Of a DNA stretch of 64,000 nucleotides, positions 1-56,263 are shown piece by piece. A program made the position numbers and the translations under genes. The stretch spans positions 276,520,001 to 276,584,000 of the forward strand of contig OZ024742.1 in the NCBI GenBank assembly GCA_964016885.1. Reading direction: 5' to 3'. Source of the DNA: Eledone cirrhosa (taxonomy: Eukaryota). The first letter of the stretch is position 1. Each line of letters starts with the position of its first letter. The notes under the pieces were generated by a model. The model had not been told where the DNA came from. It saw nothing but the letters and a program-made list of their open reading frames with translations, and searched no databases.

Positions 1-13
1 GCTTTAATTACAG

Positions 14-44660
<44,647 letters not shown>

Positions 44661-44932
44661 ATTTGCTGTGCCATGAACAACATAGTTGTACAGTTGTTGT
44701 TTTATATATATATAAAATTGATATATTGTGTCCATCAGCATGCAGTTTTGAGATTTAATCACACCACTCATATATAAGACATGAAGTTATTAAATATGCA
44801 GACTGCACAGGGACTTACTGCTTATAAAGAAACGTTCCATGATCTAGTAGCTTTGTTAAAACACTGTTTGTGTGTATGTAGGTATGTATGTGTGTTTATA
44901 TGTGTGTCTATATATATATATATGTGTGTATA

Positions 44933-44984
<52 letters not shown>

Positions 44985-46171
44985 CACACACGTGTGTGTT
45001 TATATATGTATGTCATGTGTTTGTGTGTTACTAATGTCTAGGCTCATCGCTAGTATTTACTATTTTCCTTTAATGAGTGGGATAGTTAGAGAAAATGATT
45101 ACAGACCAGTAAGTGACACTACTGAATCCTTTAGATATCCTCTCAAGTTTTAAGCATTAGTTACATATCTGTGAATGCTTTTCTTTTTTAAAAACTATTA
45201 TTTGAATAGTGGTATTGATGATTAATGTGATAATTATAATGATGTTGATAGTGGTGGTAAACATGGTACAAGATCTGTAGCAATTATTACTACTAAAAAA
45301 ACAACTTTGAAAATGTAATATTATGAAAACCTTGAATGTGCGTGTATGTATGTGATGAGAATTTTTTTTGTTGCTTGAACAATCATTGGATTGAGGTAAC
45401 ATAGGTGTTTGTGTTGATAATTATGATGGGGATGTATTATGATGACAGCAATTATTCATGGCTGCATTAATTTTTTGAGTTTATGTATTTATATTTATTG
45501 TGATAAAGTTGGCTGTTTGTAGCATGACTAATTAATTATATTGAGTACGGTGGACTGGCATTAATTATGTTTTATATATTTAAAAAAATGTAACATTGGA
45601 ATATGTAAGATATCTGACACTTTGCCTCAGAGTTCATACAAGCCTTACATTGCATCCATGTGAGGTTTCATGCCTAATTCTAAAATCCATTAATTATATT
45701 TATGCATACATGCACTAATATAAATGTATATGTATGTATATTTCTTGTTATGGGTGTTATTGTATGTATATATGTGTGTGTGTGAGTGTTTGTGTGTATA
45801 GCTAATTTTGTTGAAAACGTAGATCTCTGTATACATGGTGTACCTGATCATGTTGCAGCTGTGTTGATTTATTGTTTGTATGAAAGAGGTATGAGCTGAA
45901 CTAGCTATAACTGGATGGCTACATTGATACATAAATCTATATGCTTACTGTGATTGTGGTCATAGCTTTGTTGGTTGGTGTCTCAACAATAATACAACTG
46001 AAAGCAGCAAACTGCAGTATTTAATGTGTAACTATACACACAATTACTATTGCATGATACAATATTTCGTTTGATATCCACTTTATTTTAATGTGAGATA
46101 TTATTTTAAATTATGCTCATTTTTATTAACGTTTTTTTGCCTCATTATTATTGTTGCGCCTTATTTGATAT

Positions 46172-46177
46172 AATAAA
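46172..46177 (+). terminator. Candidate polyadenylation signal of FLII
   Basis: AATAAA about 1.5 kb after the stop codon, followed by a GT/T-rich tract at ~46195-46220; no transcript data. Confidence 0.35.
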
Positions 46178-48315
46178 GCAAAATTCTTACATTTTATTTG
46201 TTGTTATTGTTTTTTTTTTAAAGAGAGATGGAAAAAAGTTTATCAGAGAATTAGAAGTTTGAAAAATAGGAGGAAAAAAACTTAGGTTCCAGGAGAAAAA
46301 CATTTTTCAGGTTTATCTTCAAAGACAAAAGATAGAGTATTAGTATTTCATTGTTTAAAAAAAATTTAATTTGAAAAGTTTTATGCAGCTGTGACAATGT
46401 GTACTTTTAAAAAATTTCAAATTTATCAAACATTTCATTTAATTATATGACTGGTATAGCCTAAACGCAGAAGCTGGTATGGCATTGGTCATAGTGTATA
46501 TGCCTCCTGAATGCATTCCTGAGGAAGAAAAATTCAGTTTTGTACTTTGTACATGGCTGCAGCAAGATTTGAACTAAAAATATAAAGGGACTTAACTAAA
46601 TACTACAGATTTTGGAGCCGCATCTGGCCAAGTCTGAGATATAAGCTTCAGAATTGACAATATTTTGTTATCCATATTCAGCTATGTCCCTAGCAAAAAG
46701 CACTTAATTCTCAATGGTTCAATCTACTTAATTGTAAATAGGTAATGTGGAAAAGTACAGTTCTCTACTTTAGGCATTTTTACAGCAGTAAATAAGATTG
46801 TGTTTTTGTTTTTAAATAAACAAACAAAAATAAAATAAAAAGAACATAGGACAGGTGAGAGTTGAAAAAGAAAACAAAAATATATTTGTCTAGTAGTAAG
46901 AGAAGTAGAGATAATTATTATAGTGAAAATATATTAGTCAGGTTGTATCACAGCAAGACTGACAAGAGAAACTATAAATTAATGACTATGGTATGAAAAG
47001 TACTGGCCACTATGGGAAAGTTTGATACTCTTCTCGTTATTTATTTAGTTATTTTTAGTTTTTGTTTTGTTTTCTTCGATGACAAATCCCTTAACTTGTC
47101 TATGAGATGTGTGTCCCAATGTTGCTTGATTACTAGAACATACATGTATGAACCTGTAACTCCTGATAGAGTTAAGGGGGTGCCATAGTGACATACAGTG
47201 TGTGATTTCTTCCTGCATAGGAGAAAGAGATATAGAGGAAGAATCGACCCCAGTACTGGACTGGTACTTTAATATTGTCCTCGAAAGGATAAAAGGCAAA
47301 GTTGACAGGACCAGCTTGAAGAAGTGTCTGAGGACTCTGCTTCCATGGACTCTGCCTCTGCCTCTCAGGAATAAGTGGGCAAGGAAGAAAAGTGCAGACA
47401 ACCAGAACGAATCTCGCACATTCTATCCAACATTTTAACAACTCTGCTAATTCGCAACATTCCGCTATGTATACAAACACTCATGCAGAAAAAAAACTTA
47501 ATGCATAGTAACTGTGAGTCACAGTATAGTGAACAGACAATAAACATCATAACTTTTTATTTAGCACTGATTCTATTTTATTTCTTTATCTTCTATTTCT
47601 ATCTACAGCCATTGCAGAGGCAAAACAGCTGTGTTGACAAAATGTTAGGCTACGCAGCTCATTTTCATGAGATTCAAACCTCACTATATGTTTTCATTGC
47701 ACTGCTTAGGAAGGTCTTGGAATTTTACTTGTTTCTGTTTACCTAGCTGTTATTAGTGAAGGCATGTGGCTTAGTGGTTAGGGTATTTGGCTCAGGATCA
47801 TGAGGTCATGACTTTCATTCCCAGTGGTATGTGGTGTCTTTGAACAAGACACTTTACATTGCTCCAGTTCACTTAGCTGGCAAAAATGAGTTGTACCTGT
47901 AATTCAAAAAACCAGCCTTCTCACACACTGTCATGCTGAATCTTCCTGAGAATTAGATTAAGAGTATGTGTGTGTGGAATGCTCAGCCACTTACTGTTGA
48001 TCAAACAACTGGAATACTCTTCATCAAAATGAATGGAGGTCCATTCCAGCTGTTATTAACAGATTTTCTGGGAACAATAGTAGTGATCGCCCATTGATAG
48101 ATATCTCTGATAATGACTATTTATCACAAGTGTAAGGGACTAATAAATATTTTATAAGCTGGAGTTTGATGACATTAAGCAGATAAAAGATGTTTTATAA
48201 ACTGGGTAAAAAATAAATCCATTGTATGAATTTCATATCACAATTTGAACTTACTGCAGGGCACTTGTTAAATATAATGATAAATGGTAGAGCACCAGAC
48301 TAAATACCTTTTAGC

Positions 48316-49994
48316 AACAGTTTAAGACAGCCTTCTTCGTGGATATCTCCGAAGTGTAACAGTTTTTCAAGGCAGCCCTGCTCATGGATATCTCTGCAGC
48401 CTAAGAGTTTTTTAAGACAACCTCGCTCATGGATATCTCTGATGTGTAACAGTTTCTAAAGACAGCCCTGCTCGTGGATATCTCCAAAGTGTATCAGTTT
48501 CTCAAAACAGCCCCGCTCATAGATATCTGAAGTGTAACAGGTTCTCAAGACAGCCCTGCTCATGGATATCTCCAAAGTGTATCAGTTTCTCAAGACAGCC
48601 TTGCTTGTGGATGTAATAATAATAATGAAAATTATTGTGTACAGTGCTCAGGTGCACTACAACTCATCAAAGGTGCATGGATAGTACATAGGATAATGTA
48701 CAAATGTCCGGAAAGTGAACAATGTATCATCATCATCATCGTTTAAAGTCCATCTTCACACTAGCATGAGTTAGACGGGAGTTGTCCCACTTGAGGCAAG
48801 ATTAGTCAGGTGATTGTGTCTCGCTCATATAGGACTGTCTGGCGGGTTTTCTACGGCTGGATGCCCTTCCTAACACCAACCACATTTACAGTGTGGAACT
48901 GGGAACTTTTTACCGTGTTACCTACACGGCCATATTACAGCGTGGACTGTGTTTTTTTTGTCGTGACACCTACACGGTCTCGATCTCATTATCTCATTTA
49001 TTTGGACTGGATGTTGTGGTACCAACTTTACAGAGAGAGGGTGGTGTTGGTGGGAGTGGGAGGATAGGGTAGGGGTAGTGGATTGGTGTGTATATTTGGT
49101 TAAGAGGTGCCTACTGACTGGAGGTTTCGCTTTGTACATAGGCAAGGCAGGTCTTCTGTATTACTGCGTAGCGCCAAAGATCTTGGTCCACTGGCATTGT
49201 CTTAGAGAGGTGCAAGTGTGTAAGATCGGAATTTATCAGATCGTCCCAGGTTTTTCTGGGTCTACCTACTCCGTAACTACCATCAATTTTGATCGCCCTG
49301 TACTTTTTTATGCAGCTGTCGTCTTTCATGCGCATCACGTGACCATACCAATGTAGTCTTCTCTCAAGTAAACAGCATCTGATCCCTCTTATTCCTAATT
49401 TCTCACTTAGTTCATTTATGCTTTGCCGTTCATGTATATTACTATTACACATCCAATGGATCATGCATACTTCGTTCCTTTCCAGTCTGCGCAGATCCTC
49501 TGCACGTAATGCGAATGTCTCACTGCCATGTAGCATTTCTGTTCGTATACAGGCATCATACAATCTGCCTTTCATTTTTAGAGAGAAACCTTTTGTGGCC
49601 AGCAATGTGTCATGATATACACACACGTGTGTGTGTGTAGAGGGGGAATATCAGGTGTAGTGTTGCCGAATTTCAGGAAGCATGGAAGTTTTGAAGGATG
49701 CAATGTTCCGACAGCTAACAACTGATGCAAGTAGTTTGTTCCATGCTTCGGCAACTCTGAGCATGAAAAAATGTTTCTGAAAGTCATGGGAGCTGTGCTG
49801 CTTTCTGATTTTGTAAGCATGTCCATAGGTGTTAGACACATGGAATTCAAAAGGTGCTCAGTGTTTTTGTTGGAAAGATGGTTAATAATTTTGTGGGTGT
49901 CTACCAAGTCAGCTGTCATCATCGGAGCTTTAATGTATCCATGTGCATATCTCTGAAGTATAACAGTTTCTCAAGGCAGCCTTGCTCATAGATA
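48316..49994. repeat. 45-bp minisatellite (~6.5 units at 48316-48612 plus ~1 unit at 49947-49994) split by a nested CR1/RTE insertion
   Basis: Unit aagacagccctgctcatggatatctccgaagtgtaacagtttctc. Confidence 0.9.
48615..49945 (-). mobile_element. CR1 3' fragment (48615-48726 and 49606-49945) containing a nested RTE 3' fragment (48727-49605)
   Basis: The CR1 sequence continues on either side of the RTE, with caatgt repeated at the junctions; the RTE encodes KGRLYDACIRTEMLHGSET...RRLHWYGHVMR. Confidence 0.88.
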
Positions 49995-50356
49995 AACATT
50001 TTCATATTTCAGAGCTCAGCTTAGTATTTTGTTTTTGTTTTGCTTCTTCATGTTTTTTAAAGCAAACTTTGAGCTCACTGAGTGATCATATATATCAAAA
50101 AGTTAAGAGAACAATACTTGAAGAGAACCTAAATTCATGTTAACAGAAAAAGATTTGTCAATAGTTGATTGATCTTAAATCTGTTTGTTTTATTCTCATA
50201 TTTTACATCATACTTCAATTGAGTGTAATGTGAGGAGGAGGATTATAGCGGTGCTTGCAGTTAATCACTACAACCAATGTTGCCTTATTATTTTCTTAAC
50301 ACCCTTAGGCTTCCATACAATTTCTGTCTAACGAATTCCACTTCATCAACATTTCC

Positions 50357-50948
50357 TTGACGCTCGGCCTCCGAATCTGCGAGCCAGACCAATGTCGCTG
50401 CAGATCCACTGTGTACTCATTCGGCCTCCACCCGTTTTCCTGTCACCACAGTGCCGGTCGCCTTCCACGCCATGCTGCCCTCAACAAGGTCATAAAGCAT
50501 GGCTTGGACGCTGCAGGGTTCCCTTCCTATTTTGAGCCGGTGAGGCTGGACCGAGGGGACGGCAAAAGGCCAGATGGCATGACCATCTTCCTGTTCTGCG
50601 ATGGCAAACTCCTCATCTGGGATGCCACTTGCACCGACACTTCCTGCAACTACAACCAGGTGCAGTCTGCGACTAACCCGGGTTCTGCTGCACGTCGGTT
50701 TGAGGAGGCTAAACTCATCAAATACCGGTCGCTCCCCGACAGGTTTGCGGTTGTACCCCTGGCAGTGGAGACTTCTGGTGTCCTCGGCCCTAGGGTTACC
50801 TCCCTAATCACCACCATAGGCGCTGAGCTGGCCAGCCACAGGTGTGAGCCCCGCGAGTTGGAGTGGCTTTTCCAGCGCGTCTCCCTTGCCGTCCTCCGGG
50901 GGAAACGCCTTCTCCATTCTGACGGCCAGGGTTGTGGGGGGGGGGGGG
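50357..50948 (+). mobile_element. CRE-clade non-LTR retrotransposon C-terminus (CCHC zinc knuckle + restriction-like endonuclease)
   Basis: C-x-C...H-x3-C, RH, KRPDG...WDATC.DT, EEAKLIKY, VPLAVETSG, LFQRVSLAVLRG; GC-rich island. Confidence 0.85.
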
Positions 50949-52003
50949 CCATCACGTATCATTCCATATTTAAGTATGGTCAACATTTTTCCCCACAAAA
51001 GTTAACAATTACATTGTTCTCGTTGGAATCACATTCTTCAAGTTAGTAGATTTGTTGAAATCTGTTGAAACAATGCTGTTATCTAATAATTGGTCAACTG
51101 AAGGCTATGGCAGACCAAGATGTCATGCAAGGAGAATGAACCCAGAACCACATAGCTGCCAAGTGAACTTCTCACCCACACAACAATGCTATGTTTATAT
51201 TAAGTTGAGCAGACTGGGGAATTAAGATGAATGTGTTTGATACAGTTTGTTTAAAATTTGAATAACAACAGATTAGTAGTTGGGGAGGTTGTGGGGTGGG
51301 CTTCAAACTGTAGAGGAGTGACAAGCTACAGGAAAAATTAGTTTGAATTGCAGGTTCAGTTTCCAGTTGAGTTATTTCACTTCTCTCTCTCTCTCTATTG
51401 GGTTGTCAATAGCCTCTGTGAACACAACAGTTGTGACTCAATAACTTACATGTTACTGGATATTAACATTATTTGTCAAAATGACCATGTGGATAGGAAG
51501 ACAGCTTTAGGTTTGGAATATGAAAATTGGGCAAAATTAATACTTAATGAATTAATGATGAGAGGTGAGGTCAGTGGATTTAGATGAATGGTTAGCATAC
51601 AGTTAGTTAGCATATTGACCACTCATGTATCTAAAATATATAATGTGTTAGTGTAACTCAAGAACATGTTTTCATAAAGTAAGTTAGCCATTGTGTGCAG
51701 TTCAAAGCAATGTTAGGTAAACAAGAAAAAAGAGGATGAAGTGAAAAAAAGTATAAATGAGGTAAGATAAAATAAACTAAAGAAAGAAACTAAATAAAAC
51801 AAGATGAAACTTGAACCCTCCTGATATATAATACTTGTTGATGTCATCTACCATCACATCACTGAATGTACTTGATACCTTCACCAGTGGCTTTTCTCAA
51901 TCTGTTGTGTACAACCAAAAGATTGACTGACACTGTGGCTCTGAAATGTAATCCTGTTTACCTATATAAATAAACAAGCAGAAGTATACATCTAATGAAG
52001 CAT

Positions 52004-52408
52004 CTAGCCCACACTGTAAAGTGGTTGTGATAGCGACATGGCAAAAAGGCACCTAGCCCACACTATTAAATAGTCATGTAGGTTCACGGCAAAAAGTACC
52101 CAGTCCACACTGTAAATTAGTCGTGTAGGTGTCACGGCAAAAAGGACCCAGTCCACACTGTAAAATGGTCGTGTAGGTGTTATGACAAAAAGTACCCAGT
52201 CCACACTCTAAAGTAGTCGTGTGAGCGTCACAACAAAAAGCACTCAGTACTTACTGTAAATGAGATTGGCGCTAGGAAGGGCATCCAGCTGTAGAAACCA
52301 AGTCAAAATTGTTTCTATGAGCAAGACATGGTCACCTGACCTGGCATTGATCTCAACAGGATAACTTGTCTAACCCATGCCAGCATCAAAACATGGATGA
52401 TGATGATG
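52004..52408 (+). mobile_element. RTE 3'UTR with five tandem ~48-bp units and (GAT)n tail
   Basis: ccagtccacactgtaaagtggtcgtgtaggtgtcacggcaaaaagtac x5, then aggaagggcatccagctgtagaa. Confidence 0.85.
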
Positions 52409-53837
52409 TGTCAGACAGTATGCGCTTGTGCTAACACAACTGAATACCTTTATATTTTTCTGGCACAAAATAAATAAATATTTAGTATAAAACATTTATT
52501 TGTGAATATACACACATACTTTACAAAGTTCAAGTGCATCTCACATTAGAGTATTACATACATATTTTGATTGGTGTTGTAACTTCATACATAAACATCC
52601 TCTACTAAATCCAGAAAAAGAAGACCTGAGGTTGATTAGCAGAAACTTGACATGTTATTATTACTGTCCTACTGATATGGACACAGCATGACTGAATAGC
52701 TGAGGAGTTTGCTTCATAATCATTAAGACTCAGGTTCGATCCTACTGTGGGGTATCTTGGTGAAAAGTCATTTACCAGAGTTTCAGGTCAACCCGTGCTT
52801 TTTGAGTGAAATTCGCCAAATAGAAACTGTTTAGGAGCTATAATTCAAAAGGCCAGCTTTGTCAAACATATTGTTATGCTGAGTCTTCCTGGGAATCACA
52901 TTAAGCATGCACATGTTTGTGGAATGCTCAGCCACTTACTCGTTAATTTCATGAACTGGCTGCTCCATTTATTGAACAACTGGAACACTTATTGAAACCA
53001 ATGGAGATCCATTCCATTCTGCTGATATGTTATTCATTTATTTTAACTAACAACTCTTTTTTTTTTACTTAGCTTTGTTCAAATCAATTTTGTTCATTTG
53101 ACTCTCCTTCTCTCATCATTCCAACTTTTGTTTCATCCTCAGAATCTTGCACTAAATACATTGCTTAATTGTTACCTTTAGAGTTTAATCCCTGCAGACA
53201 CCATCTTACAAAAATTCAACTATCTTAACTCTTTAGCATTTACATTACTCTATATATACTATTATATTTTCACAGTAAAGGCCTTACCTTATAATTATCT
53301 CACATAATATTGAATCTATGAGATTTTGACATTATTTATTTTGAAAACATCAGTATGAGTGGCCAGTTACAGCAGGTTTGAACAGAAAGAAGTGAGAGAA
53401 TTCTGGCCGGATACAGGTAAAACTCTCTAGTCTGAAAGCATCGGCAAAAGTCATGGGTGCTGTCCCTCACCATTTGCTTAAATATCAAGAGAAAAACACA
53501 TATACAAAATACAGAAAATTATATACATTTATGATGTGTATGTGTTGTTATTTAGCTCTGGCCCAGCTAGGTCAAAAGCGTTCCAGTCATGATTATCATG
53601 TCTTTTTTTTTTTTATCAGACAATGCATCTAAGACTACATTTTCCAATGTGTCCTTCCATTTTTATGACAGTAGGCTATTCAACCCATATTTGGGGTGGA
53701 TGGTCAGAGTGTGGTGGGAAAGCCGGTTTAGTCGCTGACCACCTGACCATGAAACTGGTTGTATAGGGCTACATGGTACCAGTAGCAGGCAGAGACCTGA
53801 CCTGATATAATATATATATATATATAGAGAGAGAGAG

Positions 53838-53972
53838 AGGTAGAACACTGGAAGGTAATATCCGTAGTGGTAGAGCACTCAGTCCATGGGGAAAGTTAGG
53901 TAGAAGTGGTAACACAACAGTTAGTTCACCATATCGAGAACAATTGTTTCACCTTAGCGGATTTTCAGCTCA
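53838..53972 (-). ncRNA. Short element with minimal type-I hammerhead-like motif (core variant CUGAAAA), Penelope-like terminus
   Basis: Minus strand: gag-CTGAAAA-tcc gctaa ggt-GAAAC-aatt-GTT-ctc; flanked by (TA)n and (GA)n. Confidence 0.55.
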
Positions 53973-54319
53973 TATATATATATATATACAAATTTTAGTA
54001 CAGCATCAACAAAGCTTTTGGCTGCGGCCAAGCTAACGAATGCAGATTTGGAATGCAGCTTAGCACTCGATGGAGAATATTACCCCAGAGTTATAACAAT
54101 TCGTTTAGACAGCTTTGCAAATCAAATATAGCGACCGACAGTCCGCTCACATTGCCATAGCAACGAAAAAAACTGAACTCAGGAAAAGATTTTGACTGAC
54201 CTGGACCATCGCGTGGACATCGAATGCAACACATAACGCATAACATATAGCATACAATATACATCACATATAACATAAAACATCCACGCTAGGTTTCTGT
54301 AAATCCGAGATCGACAAAT

Positions 54320-54929
54320 TCCGTAATTACTTTATCCAAGAAACTAGATTCAATTTTGAGTCTTTCTAGCAAATCTTGACAAATTTTCAATTGATTCACT
54401 TTTTGTTCCACAGACATATGTTTGGGCACAAGTTTTGCACAAATTTTCCACATGTGCAAATGGTCTGTTAAAATTCTGTAAGCTGCATTTTTATCCAAGC
54501 CCGTTTCTTCTGCAATCATACTAACTCTTAATCGACAATCTTTCGCAATCACTGCTTGCCCCACTTCCACATTTTGTTTATTTGTTGACAAGATTGGTCT
54601 TCCAGAACAAGGTTTGTCTTCAACATTTTTTCAGCTCTCTTTGAAAGCTTTGTGCCACTTGAAAACCTTACTTCTCGATAGAGTGGCATCTCCATAAGTT
54701 TGTGTTAAAGAATTAACTGTTTCGGTGGCAAATTTGTTGCGTTTCATACAAAATTTGATTGTCTAATGTTGTTCGATATTTTCCTGACTGACACATTTGA
54801 TCATGTTGAAACAAATATGTACATGCAGCCAAGGTCATAACCGAGATACCTATATACATCATCGAGGTGCTGCATTAACATGTTGTACATAGGAAAATCA
54901 GTACCCTTACTTTTAGGACAAACCTTGTA
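54320..54929 (-). mobile_element. Mariner transposon 5' half (left TIR + HTH part of a decayed transposase)
   Basis: TA + caaggtttgtcctaaaagtaagggtactga TIR; IKFC, YGDATLSRSKVFKWHKAFK, SGRP, KICAKLVPK, FLDKVIT. Confidence 0.88.
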
Positions 54930-54944
54930 TATATATATATATAT

Positions 54945-55295
54945 CCGCCTTGCCTAAGTACAAAGCGAAACCTACAGTCAGTAGGCACTCTAACAAAATA
55001 CACCCCCGTCCCACTACCCCCACCCCATCCGCACCACCCCCTTAAATGTGAAGTTATGTTGGTACCACAACATCCAGTCCGAAACAAATGAGGCCGTGTA
55101 GGTAACACGGTAAAAACCTCCCAGTCCACACTGTAAACGTGGTTGGTGTTAGGAAGGGCATCCAGCCGTAGAAAACCCGCCAGACGGTCCTATACGAGCA
55201 GGACAACCAATCTTGCCTCAAGTGGGAAAACTCCCGCCCAAACCCATACAACCGTGGAAGATAGACGTTAAACGATGATGATGATGATGATGATG
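54945..55295 (+). mobile_element. RTE 3'UTR fragment with (GAT)n tail
   Basis: Same sequence as the 3'UTR at 48727-49150 in opposite orientation. Confidence 0.85.
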
Positions 55296-55480
55296 GCTTC
55301 TACAGGACTAGAACTGTTTCATTCGAAGGAAATCGCCAGGAAAGCCCTGATGATTTCCTTCGAATGAAACAGTTCTAGTCCTGTAGAAGCTATTTCTATA
55401 TTAAATTTGTTGTATACATTCTACTAATGTGTTGAGTACCTTACTTACTGTAGTTACCCCGATTGAACCCAGGACTCACA
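55296..55480 (+). ncRNA. Hairpin element containing a type-I hammerhead-like motif, Penelope-like terminus
   Basis: CTGATGA at 55347-55353, stem II ttc/gaa, GAAA-cag...ctg-TA (GUA triplet); 39-bp perfect inverted repeat. Confidence 0.6.
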
Positions 55481-55919
55481 TATATAGTATATGTGTAATA
55501 AAATGAAATGAAAAGACAAAGATTTTGCCGTAGACTGATATTATCTGGGTAAATACATTTATGGGTGGAGTGTTCCAGATAGTTATTTGAGCAGAGAAAA
55601 TGAAATAGGCTACATTTATTTATGGCTTTTTATTTTGTTTGTGAACGAAATGTCAACAATTTTATGTACTATAGAATAATGTTCTCTTTATTTATGTACT
55701 ATAGAATAATAGCAATAAAAAATAGCTCCCTGATTGTTCCACATAAAACAAATACAGACACACACTAATGCATACACATTTATCTGGATAGTTGTAAGTA
55801 TATATGTATACTGTTGCTTTACTCAGATGAGTAAACATATACACATGTATGCTCCCTGTGTATTGGGTAATAAATAAGAGAAAAAGTACCTCTTTCTGCC
55901 TGCCTATCTCTCTTTCTCT

Positions 55920-55950
<31 letters not shown>

Positions 55951-55952
<2 letters not shown>

Positions 55953-56135
55953 ACGAAGGAAATGTGGTAAGGAACCAGGTGGACCATAACGCACCAAAGT
56001 ACTCAATACTTAGGGTAGTAGAGTGGGTAATAGGAACCAGTAAGACCCCGACGGCTGAGCTCAAGCCGTTTCGACGGCTAATTCTGAATTAGCCGTCGAA
56101 ACGGCTTGAGCTCAGCCGTCGGGGTCTTACTGGTT

Positions 56136-56140
<5 letters not shown>
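55951..56140 (-). mobile_element. Short element ending in a 111-bp perfect palindrome, with the 3' half of a hammerhead-like motif
   Basis: 55-bp arms around T56085; GAAAC-ggct-tgagctc-agcc-GTC; between (TA)n tracts. Confidence 0.6.
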
Positions 56141-56173
<33 letters not shown>

Positions 56174-56263
56174 GGTATGAGGTTCACCACTGGATAGAGC
56201 TGGTCAATTCCGTATGGTCAATCTTAATGTAATAATATGGAGAGTACTCAACGTAAAGCAGTT

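Noticed and set aside
48316-48612. CRISPR-like array
   Set aside because: Contiguous degenerate tandem units with no unique spacers and no cas genes, in eukaryotic DNA. The same applies to the ~48-bp repeats at 52004-52262.
53670-53810. Fifth hammerhead-type element
   Set aside because: It ends in acctga-(TA)n like the 56171 element and has ctgacca...gaaac, but the core is mismatched, stem II does not pair and TGAGTAC is absent.
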